Source: Polyangiales bacterium (GTDB lineage Bacteria; Myxococcota_A; Polyangia; Polyangiales; JADJMO01). Taken from it: a DNA stretch of 50,887 bases. The notes beneath the pieces are model-generated. The model was not told the DNA's origin and did not search any database. It worked only from the letters and a program-made list of their open reading frames with translations. The translations under genes and the position numbers were made by a program. Position 1 is the stretch's first letter, and the number at the start of each line of letters is the position of its first letter. Location: assembly GCA_046593995.1 (NCBI GenBank), contig JBKJQC010001264.1, forward strand, positions 1 through 50,887, in the 5' to 3' direction. Below, in pieces: positions 17,869-26,694 of this stretch.

Positions 17869-19275
17869 TTACTTGCCCGTGCGGCTCTTGAAGTCGGCCC
17901 GCATCGCTTCGTAGAGATCGGGGTTCTCGGTCTTCAGCGCGGCGCGCTCGCCGGGCGCCATGTCGTCGTACGTCTTGCCCTTGTGCGTCGAGCCGAGCAC
18001 GGTCTTCTGCGACGGCTCTTCGACCTCCTTCGCGATGAGGTGAGGGACGGGTGCGGCGTCCTTCGCGAACTCGCGGAGCTGCTCGAGCGTCATCTTCGAC
18101 GCGAGCTTCTCCATGTGCGCGGTCAGCTTGCCGTCGCCACGCAGCGTCGCGAGGAGCGTCTTGCGGTCGTTCTCCTGGAGCTGACCGAGCGCGGCGGCGA
18201 GATCCTTCTCGAGCTGCTCGACGCGCGCGGCATCCGACTTCGCCGTCTCGATCGCACCGACGGCCTTGATGGTCGACTTCTCGCCGGCGGCCGCGAGGAG
18301 CTCGTCGCGTTCGCCTCGCGCGGTCTCGCGGTCCTTCACCGCAGCGGTGAGGTCCTCCTCCGAGCAATCGGCGCCGAGGCCGCAGATCATCGCGAGGGTC
18401 GTGACGAGGGTGAGCTTCGCGGCCATTTTCGTGCGTGCCTTTCCTGTGCTGCTGCTGCGCGTGCGCTCGACGAGCGCCGCGATGGTGCCTTCGAGCGAGC
18501 CGATCCGATCGACCATGCCCGCCTTGAGCGCCGCCTCGCCGAGGAGGACGCCGCCCTTTCCGAACTTCTCGAGCACGGTGTCGACGTCGGTGTCGCGGTT
18601 GCGGGCGACGGTCGCGACGAAGATGTCCGCCATGGCGTCGACGCGCGCCTGGATGAGCGAGCGGCCGCTCTTCGTCGAGACGTCGGCGCGCTTGTTCGGC
18701 GACTGGCTCGAGACGATCTCGATGTCCTTTGCCGACTCGCCTTCGGGCTTCGACATCGCCATCACCACGCCGATCGAGCCGACGCTGCCGGTGCGGTCGA
18801 TGACGATTTCGTCGGCCGCGGTGGCAATCCAATACGCGGCGCTCGCGCCCATGCCGCCGACATAGGCGACGACCGGCTTCACGCCGCGGGCCTCGAAGAT
18901 CTGCTGCGCGAACTCGTGGATCCCGTTCACCTCGCCGCCAGGGCTGTCGATGTCGAGGAGGATCGAGTCGACGTTCGGATCTTCCAGCGCGGCGCGGAAG
19001 TCGCGGGCCAGGATCTGCACCGACGTCATCGGGCCGCTGATGTCGTCGAACGCGTTCGCGCGTCGGAAGACCGGACCGATCACGGGGATGACCGCGACAC
19101 CGTCGCGGGTCGTGACCGTGCGCGTGTTCTCGAGCGGCCGACCGAGCCGCGCAGCAACGGCCTCCGGACCGTCGCCTTCGCGGTTCGCGATCTCGAGAAT
19201 GGTCGTCAGCGTGTGCGTGTCGAGCGCCCACGCAAGGCTCGCCGCGATCTGGAAGGCCTTGTGCATCGTGGTCAC
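17869..19275 (-). CDS. S49 (SppA/ClpP-like) prohead protease fused to a scaffolding domain
   Basis: 468 aa. GTG 19275 is in a GTGA overlap with the portal stop. Contains LLDIDSPGGEV and GGMGASAAYWIA. The C-terminal ~185 aa are helical and charged, like a scaffold. Confidence 0.9.
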   Translation of the reverse strand: MTTMHKAFQIAASLAWALDTHTLTTILEIANREGDGPEAVAARLGRPLENTRTVTTRDGVAVIPVIGPVFRRANAFDDISGPMTSVQILARDFRAALEDPNVDSILLDIDSPGGEVNGIHEFAQQIFEARGVKPVVAYVGGMGASAAYWIATAADEIVIDRTGSVGSIGVVMAMSKPEGESAKDIEIVSSQSPNKRADVSTKSGRSLIQARVDAMADIFVATVARNRDTDVDTVLEKFGKGGVLLGEAALKAGMVDRIGSLEGTIAALVERTRSSSTGKARTKMAAKLTLVTTLAMICGLGADCSEEDLTAAVKDRETARGERDELLAAAGEKSTIKAVGAIETAKSDAARVEQLEKDLAAALGQLQENDRKTLLATLRGDGKLTAHMEKLASKMTLEQLREFAKDAAPVPHLIAKEVEEPSQKTVLGSTHKGKTYDDMAPGERAALKTENPDLYEAMRADFKSRTGK

Positions 19276-20561
19276 CCTTCGGTCTCGTCGTCTTCGCCGT
19301 CGTCGTGAGCGGGCACGGGGGCCGGCTCGTCAGGCTGCGCCGTCTCGTGCTCGTCCTCGCTGGGAGACGGCTCGGGCGCCGGTGTCGACGTGACCGAGAT
19401 CTCGTCGCCGCCGTCCACCTTCGCGTAGCCGTGGCGCTCACGCGCCTCGTTCAGCGAGATGATGCCCGCCTGCTTCAACATCGATGTCGCCTGTGCCCGC
19501 GTCTGCTCGACCGCCGCGGCACCGCGCTTGTCTTCGAGGGTGGACGTGTCCCGGACGGGCCACGGCGCGGCAGCGCGTGATCCGAAGTTCGACTCCGCCC
19601 AAGGCGCGAGCACCTGGTCGTGCGCCATCGTCGACGTCGTTTCGTTGTCCGACTTCGTTTTGCCGAGCGCGACGTCCTTGTGAATCGCGGCCGCTCCCTG
19701 ATTGCCGGTGGCCCCCGCCATCGTGGTCAGGTTCTGCCCAAGGATGGCCACCGCGTAGCCGTTGTCCGCGGCATCGATCTGCGCCTTGAACGTCTCCCAG
19801 TTGCGGGCCGTGCTCTCGAGGAGCTTCAGGTCCATGCCGGCGGGGAGCGGCACGACGGCCTTGCGACCGAGGTTCCGGAGGTCCGTGGCGATCTGCGCGC
19901 GCTCCGGCTTTCCGGTCGGGACGCCGGTCGCGACGAGGATGCCGTGCCCCTTCGTCTCGCTGTGCGCCGGCCAGTCGGTGAGCGCGTAGGCCTTCAGCAA
20001 TGCCCACCGCGAGAGCGCGCGCCAGGCGCCGAACGCCCACGGGCGCGAGACACCGTATGGCGTGTAGAGCACCCACTCGCCGGTGCCGGTGATTACCGGC
20101 GTCTTCTTTCCGTCCTGACCGATGAACAACCACCGCTGGTTGTCGTCGTCCCACTCGAGGTTCCGCGGGTTCTTCGTTACGAGGCGCGGGATGTCGCGAC
20201 CGGCCGCGTTGATCGTCCAGAGGAGCTGCGCGACGCCGACGCCGAGCACGAGCCCCCACATGTGCAGGCGCTTGAACTCCGTATCGTCGAAGATCGACCA
20301 GTAGTCTTCCTTCGCTTCGAGCTGTCGGATCGCTCGCTTGCTGCGCCCCTCGAAGGTGAGCGGCAGACCGAGCAGCGTGTCCGTCCGCGTGTCGAGGACC
20401 GCCTTGATTCGGTCGTCCCCGATCATCGTCTCGCAGAGCTCGCCGGCGAGACGCAGGTGTCCGCCATCGGCGGAGACCTCCGCTGCTCGCAGGAGCGCCG
20501 GCGTCCACTGGATGTGCGACCGCGAACGCGGCTCGATGACTTCGATCGCGCGTGCGGCCAT
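19272..20561 (-). CDS. portal protein (Mu gp29/DUF935-like)
   Basis: 429 aa, directly downstream of terL, with an acidic C-terminus. Confidence 0.85.
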   Translation of the reverse strand: MAARAIEVIEPRSRSHIQWTPALLRAAEVSADGGHLRLAGELCETMIGDDRIKAVLDTRTDTLLGLPLTFEGRSKRAIRQLEAKEDYWSIFDDTEFKRLHMWGLVLGVGVAQLLWTINAAGRDIPRLVTKNPRNLEWDDDNQRWLFIGQDGKKTPVITGTGEWVLYTPYGVSRPWAFGAWRALSRWALLKAYALTDWPAHSETKGHGILVATGVPTGKPERAQIATDLRNLGRKAVVPLPAGMDLKLLESTARNWETFKAQIDAADNGYAVAILGQNLTTMAGATGNQGAAAIHKDVALGKTKSDNETTSTMAHDQVLAPWAESNFGSRAAAPWPVRDTSTLEDKRGAAAVEQTRAQATSMLKQAGIISLNEARERHGYAKVDGGDEISVTSTPAPEPSPSEDEHETAQPDEPAPVPAHDDGEDDETEG

Positions 20562-20576
20562 GGTGCGGTGTTCTCG

Positions 20577-22028
20577 CTATCGGTTGCCCCACGTGCCGAG
20601 CAGTGAGGAGTCCCAGCCGGTGCCGTCACCCGTCGTCGACGTGTCGGGCGCCGTCTCGAAGGTCGAGAGCGCGAGCGCGTCGGCGTGGTCAGGGGAACGG
20701 CCGAGCCGCGCAACGAGGTCGCGCTTGCTCTCGAGCCGGATGCGCAGGCGCGCGTCGGTGTCCTGCTTGATGCTCGTGAGCTGCGTCTGCAGCTCGGAGC
20801 TCGGAGGTAGCGCGCCTGTCGGAAGCCACTCCTTGAGCGAGCCGTAGACCTCTGCTCGCCGGTCCACGAAGTTCGGGTGCGTGCTCTTGTCTTGTGACAT
20901 CAGCTCGACGATCCCGACCGTGATGCCGTTCGGGAACTCGGCGCGCTTCAGCACGTCCGCGACGCCGTTGTTGTTCGTCTGATCGATCTTCGCTCTGACG
21001 TACTCGCCCGGCCGCGCGTGCTCGACGATCAAGCGCAGGACCCTGTTGGCGACCTGCACGTTGTCGTGCTTCTTCAGCTCGACGAGCCGCACCCAGTTGC
21101 CGCGTCGCACTGCGATGACCGTGCTGTCGTCGCCGCCACGCGCAGGGTCGACTCCGAGGCGGAGAGGCTCGGCCAGGTCCTGCGATGAGGGCTCCTCGGT
21201 CCACCTCTCCTGCGCGGCCGCGACCATCTGCAGCGAGAGGAACGCGTGCTCGTCCTGCGCGCAGAACTCGCCGAGGATCTTCACCTGGAAGTCCCAGCTC
21301 TTCTCGCCCCAGTCCGCGCGCTTCTCCGCGATGTACGAGGGGAGCGCGAGCCCGGGGACGTACCGCTCGCCCGTGACGTTCGGCGACGCGGTGCTCGGGA
21401 TGTGCACTCCCTTCCAGGAGCGCGCCTCCGTGTGGAACGCGTCGTAGAACTTCCCGTGCGTGCGCGTCGGGTTTCCCGCGAGCACGATCTTGCCGCCGCC
21501 TGCGCGGTTGCCGTCGAGCGCGCGGATGATCGTGTCCGGGATGCCGGGCGCCTCGTCGAGGACGAAGGCCTGGTCCTCGCCTGAGTGCCCGAGGAACTTC
21601 TCGGTCTGCCGGCCACCGCCGTCGGCGGAGAAGCCGAAGATGCGGCGCCGAGGCGACCAGACGATCCCGGACTGCGTGTCGAGGTGAGGCTCACCCCCGA
21701 GCGGGTAGCGCGCCTCCTCGCGCATGCGGAGCATCTCCGCATACACGCCCGTCTTCCCTTGCAGGTCCGACGGCAGACAGAAGATGACCTTGCCGAGGGG
21801 TCGCGTGCACACCCACCAGAGAGAGAAGACGGCGAGGCCGGCGGTCTTGCTCACCTTCTGGCCGGCGCGGCACGCGACACGGTCGTGGTCGCGGATGGCG
21901 TGCAGGAACTCCCGGTACTTCGACCAGGGTGCGATTCCGAGGACGTGCTCTCCGAAGCCGACGGGGTCGTGACGGAAGTGACGGAAGGCGTCGAGCTCGA
22001 GATCGTGCGCGTCGGTGACGGCGTTCAT
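20577..22028 (-). CDS. terL: terminase large subunit
   Basis: 483 aa from MNAVTDAHDL; ATG 22028 is in an ATGA overlap with the terS stop. Walker-A-like RAGQKVSKT, Walker B AFVLDEAPG, nuclease segment LGVDPARGGDDSTVIAV. Confidence 0.9.
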   Translation of the reverse strand: MNAVTDAHDLELDAFRHFRHDPVGFGEHVLGIAPWSKYREFLHAIRDHDRVACRAGQKVSKTAGLAVFSLWWVCTRPLGKVIFCLPSDLQGKTGVYAEMLRMREEARYPLGGEPHLDTQSGIVWSPRRRIFGFSADGGGRQTEKFLGHSGEDQAFVLDEAPGIPDTIIRALDGNRAGGGKIVLAGNPTRTHGKFYDAFHTEARSWKGVHIPSTASPNVTGERYVPGLALPSYIAEKRADWGEKSWDFQVKILGEFCAQDEHAFLSLQMVAAAQERWTEEPSSQDLAEPLRLGVDPARGGDDSTVIAVRRGNWVRLVELKKHDNVQVANRVLRLIVEHARPGEYVRAKIDQTNNNGVADVLKRAEFPNGITVGIVELMSQDKSTHPNFVDRRAEVYGSLKEWLPTGALPPSSELQTQLTSIKQDTDARLRIRLESKRDLVARLGRSPDHADALALSTFETAPDTSTTGDGTGWDSSLLGTWGNR

Positions 22029-22693
22029 GCGGAGCTCGCGGCGGCCAGGGCGTCGAGCGCCGCGACGAGCGGTCGGCCGAGCGCGGCCCGCCGCGACGTC
22101 GAGACAGTGGCCAGGGCGTCGGCCACCTCGAGGAGGTCGGCGAGTACTCGAGGCACCGCGACCGTGAGCCACGTCTCCGGAGCGTCGGCCCGAAGCTCCT
22201 TGTCCTTCGCGTAGGCGGCCGACATGACGTCAGCGAGCCCGGTCTTCGTGCCCTCTCGCTTCCGCTCTGCGGAGGCCAGGGCCTCGGTCGTCTTCAGGAC
22301 CGTGGCGAGCGTGCCGAGGGATCGGAGGTAGGCCTGCGCGTTGCCGGCCTGCGCGAACCGACCAGCGACCTCGGCGAGCTTCAGGGCCTCGCGCTTCAGG
22401 AGCTCGCCGGCGGTGAGGCCTTCGTCCTTCACCGGCTCGATGGAGGCCAGCGGCGTCGAGAGCGACGCGGACCGCTCCATGAACTTCAGCACCGCAACAT
22501 GCGAGAGCGGCGGAGCAAGTCGGTGTTCCTTGGATACCAGCGCAGCGATCTCGCGCGCCGGCCGGCCGTCCTTCCCGAGCCGCGTGATGGATGCGCCGAT
22601 CTTCTCGGTGATGCGGCCCTTCAGCGAGCGCGCAGGCCGCGTTTCCTTGGCCTTCGGGCGGGGCTTGGTACGTACCCGCTTGGTTTTGGCCAT
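22025..22693 (-). CDS. terS: terminase small subunit candidate (basic N-terminus plus HTH)
   Basis: 222 aa, first gene of the late operon, overlapping the terL start. Contains MAKTKRVRTKPRPKAKE... and GRPAREIAALVSKEH. Confidence 0.65.
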   Translation of the reverse strand: MAKTKRVRTKPRPKAKETRPARSLKGRITEKIGASITRLGKDGRPAREIAALVSKEHRLAPPLSHVAVLKFMERSASLSTPLASIEPVKDEGLTAGELLKREALKLAEVAGRFAQAGNAQAYLRSLGTLATVLKTTEALASAERKREGTKTGLADVMSAAYAKDKELRADAPETWLTVAVPRVLADLLEVADALATVSTSRRAALGRPLVAALDALAAASSA

Positions 22694-23043
22694 CTATGGG
22701 AGAAGGGGGCGCCTCTCAGGGAGGGGCCGGGGGGCCGTTTTTTTTCGACCCGGGGTGGGTCCTGCGACCCCCGCTGCAGCCTCGAGGGCCGGCGGGCGCG
22801 TCCACCATGGAGAGACGGAGAGGAGCGACCGACGACGCCGAGGAGGCTTGGCGCGAAAGGGAGGGGCCCCACCGCCGTCGGCCGCTCTCTCAGCCTGCCC
22901 AAACAATGAGGCTTCTAGGGGGGCTAATCAAACGACGAAACACGACGAGACGCGACACGTGCCGCCACGTCGCGCCACAACACGACAAGACGCGCCGGAC
23001 ATGGCACTCTCCAGCTTGAGGCGGGGCACGGAAGGGCAGGGGC

Positions 23044-23292
23044 ATGCTCAACGCGGGCGAAGGGGCGGGGACCAGCGGGGATGTGGAGACCGACCGCCGG
23101 GCGGCCGTAGGGCAACGCCCTGACTGCGTCGGGTGGAAGGAGATCGCCGAGGCTCTTGGGCTGCCGGTGAGGACCGTGCAGCGCTACGAGGGCGCGGGTC
23201 TACCGATCACGAACTGGGGTCTTGGCAGGGTGGCGGCGTACGCGGACCGTCTGCGAGCGTGGGCGGCGACGCCACGTCGACGAGCCGCCTGA
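23044..23292 (+). CDS. HTH DNA-binding protein (MerR/excisionase-type)
   Basis: Contains WKEIAEALGLPVRTVQRYEGAGLPI. This is the only plus-strand gene in the left 34 kb. The start is uncertain. Confidence 0.55.
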   Translation: MLNAGEGAGTSGDVETDRRAAVGQRPDCVGWKEIAEALGLPVRTVQRYEGAGLPITNWGLGRVAAYADRLRAWAATPRRRAA

Positions 23293-23300
23293 TCTGGCGA

Positions 23301-23915
23301 TCAGTACGGCGCGAGCTTGAGCGTGCACGAGCACTGAATCTTCGGAGCCGTCGACGCGTACCAGATGAAGGTCTGGGCGCCGGACTCGATCTCCTTGCGC
23401 GCGGTCTTGATCACGAACTCGTTCTGGTCCCGAATCTCGCGGTGCAGTCTCACGGCGGCGTCGAGGCAGAACGGTGCACCGGCATCGAGGTCGCCATCGG
23501 CGACCTTCACCGAACTCGGCAAGCACGTCGCATAGATCACGAAAGAAACCGGTGGCGGAGCGATGTCCGCACCAGCGTCGACAGGTGCTGTCACGCCACC
23601 GTCGACGAGCGCGTCCATCCCGGCCTTGGTGCGACGAAGGTCCTCCTTGATCTCCTTCAGGTCGCCGCGCAGATCGTTCTTCACCTCGTCGACCTTTTTC
23701 TCCAGGGTCGACAGTTTCTCTAGCGCGCGCCCAACATCGACGGCGTAGTGCAACATGCCCAGAAGAGCGGCGACCGATGTGATGACAGCGGCCCAAACAA
23801 TCTTCGCGTCGCGATCGGTGACCACCTCCTTCGCCGTCGTGGGGGTGGTGGCGTCGGCGGCCTGCACCGCGCCTCCGAGCGGAGGCGTCGGGGGCGGCGC
23901 GTTCGGCGTGGACAT
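23301..23915 (-). CDS. membrane-anchored coiled-coil protein with Cys-containing C-terminal domain
   Basis: ATG 23915 (MSTPNAPPPTPP); track ATG 24017 is an alternative. TM helix IVWAAVITSVAALLGMLHYAV, then heptad-like LEKLSTLEKKVDEVKNDLRGDLKEIKEDL. Confidence 0.65.
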   Translation of the reverse strand: MSTPNAPPPTPPLGGAVQAADATTPTTAKEVVTDRDAKIVWAAVITSVAALLGMLHYAVDVGRALEKLSTLEKKVDEVKNDLRGDLKEIKEDLRRTKAGMDALVDGGVTAPVDAGADIAPPPVSFVIYATCLPSSVKVADGDLDAGAPFCLDAAVRLHREIRDQNEFVIKTARKEIESGAQTFIWYASTAPKIQCSCTLKLAPY

Positions 23916-24077
23916 ATACCGGCGAGTGTCACCTGGTTGCGCCCCGGAGCTCAACCCTGCGCGGCACAGTCCGCCTGCGTCGCAGTTCGGTGCCCACAAA
24001 ACACACGCATCGTTCATCGCGAGGCGTTCGATGCCGACCTCACCGCCCCGATGCCGATGTGTGTTCTTGCGCAGGCT

Positions 24078-25094
24078 TCATGGTCTTGCTCCTTGCATGC
24101 GGGGCCTACCGCACGCGTCGCATGACGGCCAGCTCGAGGCGTCGGCGACCAGTCGCGCGTGGTCGCAATGAGGGCGCTCGCCGGCGACGATCGCAGCGAT
24201 GACGTCTGTGCCGTGAGCAATGGGCTCGGCGGCGATCGCGCCGATGCACACGACGACCTCGACTTCGCGCCCAAGATCCTCGAGGGACGCGGGAGGCACG
24301 AGCAGGTGCTGCCGCTCGCGATGGTTCGCGTCCGACAGGTCGACGGCTCGTAGGCGATCGCGGAAGGCGTCGCGCGCGCGACCGAGGTCCTTCGCGACGA
24401 GGCTCGTGACGACCTTCCTGCGGTCCTCTCCGGCGTCGATCTCCAGATGCTCGACGGCGATCGCGAGCAGCAGCATCGGCTTCACGCGCGCGAGCTCGAG
24501 CTGCCCGGGCCGGACCTTCAGAGGAGCGAGCAACTCGAAGGCGCCCGCGATCGCCCCCTCGCGCTCGAGCTCGCGGACCTTCGGTGCGACAGATGCTGCC
24601 CCGCCGTCGCCCTGGGAGGCGATCTGCACGTGCATCACCTCCAGGAGCTCGCGCTCGCGCTTCGTGAGGGTCTGCCAGACGACGAAGGCTGCGTGCTGGT
24701 GCTCGTCGTAGCTCGGTTCGTAGGCTCGAGTGCTCGTCGGCGCCGAACCGCCGCCAAGGGCCTTCCGGTCGATCATGCGGCCGAGGTTCCCCCCGACCCC
24801 GCGCACGGACGCGTGCGCATCGCCTCGCGTCGCCACCGCGCGCACGACCGCGATCTCGTTCGGCCATCGCCACGGCGTGGGCCCGTCGTCCTTCGCCTTC
24901 GCCGGCGAGACACCGCGCGCGCGCTCCGTCGCCCACGCGACCATCGGCCCGACGAACATGCGTTCGGCGATGGCGTTGTCGACCTGACGGTCCTCCCGAC
25001 GCGCGAGCGCCGCGAGCGAGTGCTCCTGCTGCCGCTGCTCCTCGACGGCAGCGGCCATGACGTCTTCGACATGGACTCGTTGTCTACGCGCCAT
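24078..25094 (-). CDS. hypothetical protein (338 aa), function unknown
   Basis: Real start MARRQRVHVEDV is at 25094; the upstream 56 aa of the track ORF are shadow. G/C-ending codons throughout. Confidence 0.65.
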   Translation of the reverse strand: MARRQRVHVEDVMAAAVEEQRQQEHSLAALARREDRQVDNAIAERMFVGPMVAWATERARGVSPAKAKDDGPTPWRWPNEIAVVRAVATRGDAHASVRGVGGNLGRMIDRKALGGGSAPTSTRAYEPSYDEHQHAAFVVWQTLTKRERELLEVMHVQIASQGDGGAASVAPKVRELEREGAIAGAFELLAPLKVRPGQLELARVKPMLLLAIAVEHLEIDAGEDRRKVVTSLVAKDLGRARDAFRDRLRAVDLSDANHRERQHLLVPPASLEDLGREVEVVVCIGAIAAEPIAHGTDVIAAIVAGERPHCDHARLVADASSWPSCDACGRPRMQGARP

Positions 25095-25271
25095 CAGCTC
25101 TGCTCCATCGCGACATGCGCGTAACCGCGCGTCGCTGTTGTCGTGACTCGTGCATGGTCGACGCGTCGCCGCGACCCGGTCTCGAGGCGCTGCACCGACG
25201 TGGCTGCCAGTCGTGCAGCGAGAGCTCCCGAGCGGCCCGATCGCGCTGCGACCTCGACGCACACCCTCAAC

Positions 25272-25468
25272 CGCGTCCCGGAGGTGCGTCCCAGGGGGGG
25301 TGCGTCCCGAAGGGCCCCCCCCTTAAGGGGGACGCACGGGACGCAGCGGGAAAACAAGCTGCGTCCTGCAAGAAATCGGGGGACGCGCTTTCGGGACGCA
25401 GTGAGATCCTCAGTAGGATCTGGGTGCGTCCCCAAAGTTTTGAAACACGGGACGCGTTTCGGGACGCA
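25272..25468. repeat. iteron field: 11 copies of TGCGTCCC/GGGACGCA (putative origin or operator array)
   Basis: Perfect copies at 25285, 25301, 25425 (TGCGTCCC) and 25329, 25338, 25393, 25461 (GGGACGCA). One-mismatch copies at 25272, 25360, 25380, 25449. Also a 7-bp inverted repeat at 25404-25421 and an A/T-richer patch at 25433-25447. Confidence 0.7.
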
Positions 25469-25494
25469 CCTCGAGGTCATGGTAGCGGTGGGTT

Positions 25495-26694
25495 TCACGA
25501 CGCGACCTCGTCGCTGGGTACGACACCGTCCTCGTCATCGAAATGCTCGAACCAGAACCCGTCGTCTCCCTTCTTCACGACCTGCTCGCTCACGAGCTCG
25601 CGCCACGTCTTCCGGATGTCCTCGACCTTGCCCGTGACTACCCCCTCGAGGTTCCGTTGCGAGCGAATCGATCCGCGCCTTATGGCCATAAGGATATTCA
25701 CTCTGAGCGCGTGGAGCGTCGCCTCACGCCCGCCGGACGCGCGTCCAGACTGCAGCACGCGCACGACCTGCAGGCCTCGCACGGGCACACCATCGCGACG
25801 GAGCATGCCCTTCACGTCGACAGGCGCAGCCTCGATCTTGTACTGAAAATCCTGAACGATCCCATCGTCTCCGTCATCGTCCGCGGCGTCGCGCGTGCGC
25901 GTGGCCGTGCGCACCTCACCGCGTGCGACCTCGCCCGTGAACGACCAGACGACGCCCGCCGCTTGCTTGATCGCGGACGATCCGCGGGGATCGGTCTGCT
26001 GCACCTTGCCGCCCTTGCCGTCGCTAACGTCTTTTCCCGTGTGCGCGATAATGATGACCGTGCACGTCTCCGCATCGGACGCGTCCATGATCGCCTTCAT
26101 CACGGAGCGCGCGTCGGAGGCCTTGTTTTCGTCGAGATCCGACGCTGCGAGCAGCCCGGAGAGCGCGTCGACGATGACCAGATCGAAGTGCTTGAAGATC
26201 GAACGCCAGTGCGCCACGTCGGTGGGATTGAACTTGGGCTCGAGCGTTGCCATATCGCTGAGCGACAAAAGTGACGGCTTGATCGGCAGCGCCATGCCGA
26301 CCGACAGGCGTCGGTACCGGCGGCGCGTCGCCCGTAGCCCCTGGTCGGTGTCGATGTGAAGCACCCTGCGTCGCGCACCTTCCTGCACGAGCCCACCGAG
26401 CGCTGACTGTCCGTTCTGCAGCGCGAGCGCAATCGCCTGCACGACGTAGGTCTTGCCGACGCCACCAGCGCCAGCGATCAGCGCTGGACGCCCGGGGGCA
26501 AGCATCAGGCTGCGCACCATCCAGTCGATCGGCTCTTCGATCGCCGGGTAGTCCTCGTTCCGGATGAGGAGGCCGAGGAACTTCGTCGTGCGTGCGTCCT
26601 CTTCGACCTTCGCGCGCGCAGCCGCGCGCCGGAACTCCTCCGCGTACGGATGGTTCTCGGTCTCGAGCGACCCCAACGGCATCGCCGCGTTCAC
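25495..26694 (-). CDS. RepA-like RecA-family ATPase (AAA_25-type replicative helicase/initiator)
   Basis: GTG 26694 is in a GTGA overlap; ATG 26682 is an alternative. Walker A GAGGVGKT, Walker B DLVIVDAL, and IIIAHTGKD. Confidence 0.85.
   Translation of the reverse strand: MNAAMPLGSLETENHPYAEEFRRAAARAKVEEDARTTKFLGLLIRNEDYPAIEEPIDWMVRSLMLAPGRPALIAGAGGVGKTYVVQAIALALQNGQSALGGLVQEGARRRVLHIDTDQGLRATRRRYRRLSVGMALPIKPSLLSLSDMATLEPKFNPTDVAHWRSIFKHFDLVIVDALSGLLAASDLDENKASDARSVMKAIMDASDAETCTVIIIAHTGKDVSDGKGGKVQQTDPRGSSAIKQAAGVVWSFTGEVARGEVRTATRTRDAADDDGDDGIVQDFQYKIEAAPVDVKGMLRRDGVPVRGLQVVRVLQSGRASGGREATLHALRVNILMAIRRGSIRSQRNLEGVVTGKVEDIRKTWRELVSEQVVKKGDDGFWFEHFDDEDGVVPSDEVAS

Noticed and set aside
16564-19308. 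914-aa plus-strand ORF, the longest in the track. Similar giants include 759..2462, 2946..4487, 12660..14411, 12349..13875, 17768..19441, 40932..42251, 42266..43576, 44002..45276 and 46732..48363.
   Set aside because: Their peptides are Arg/Pro/Gly/His/Asp-rich and motif-free. They lie antisense or out of frame to ORFs with recognisable phage domains and G/C-ending codons. These are typical shadow ORFs of high-G+C DNA.
19272-20561. Transposable Mu-like phage, suggested by the Mu-type portal, gp36-like connector and baseplate genes.
   Set aside because: No transposase or MuB-like genes are present. A tyrosine integrase, xis and a tRNA-type att core are present instead, so only the morphogenesis modules are Mu-like.
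22721-22745. Plus-strand rho-independent terminator (GGCCGGGGGGCC followed by T8).
   Set aside because: The stem is only ~4 bp, and no plus-strand gene lies upstream to be terminated. On the minus strand it is an A8 tract in the late-promoter region.
23301-24017. Foreign-composition moron based on codon usage.
   Set aside because: A hand count gives ~82% G/C3, only slightly below the neighbours. Composition alone does not support recent acquisition.
25272-25468. CRISPR array.
   Set aside because: The repeat unit is only 8 bp, the spacing is irregular (1-25 nt), both orientations occur, and no cas genes are present. This fits iterons or operators instead.
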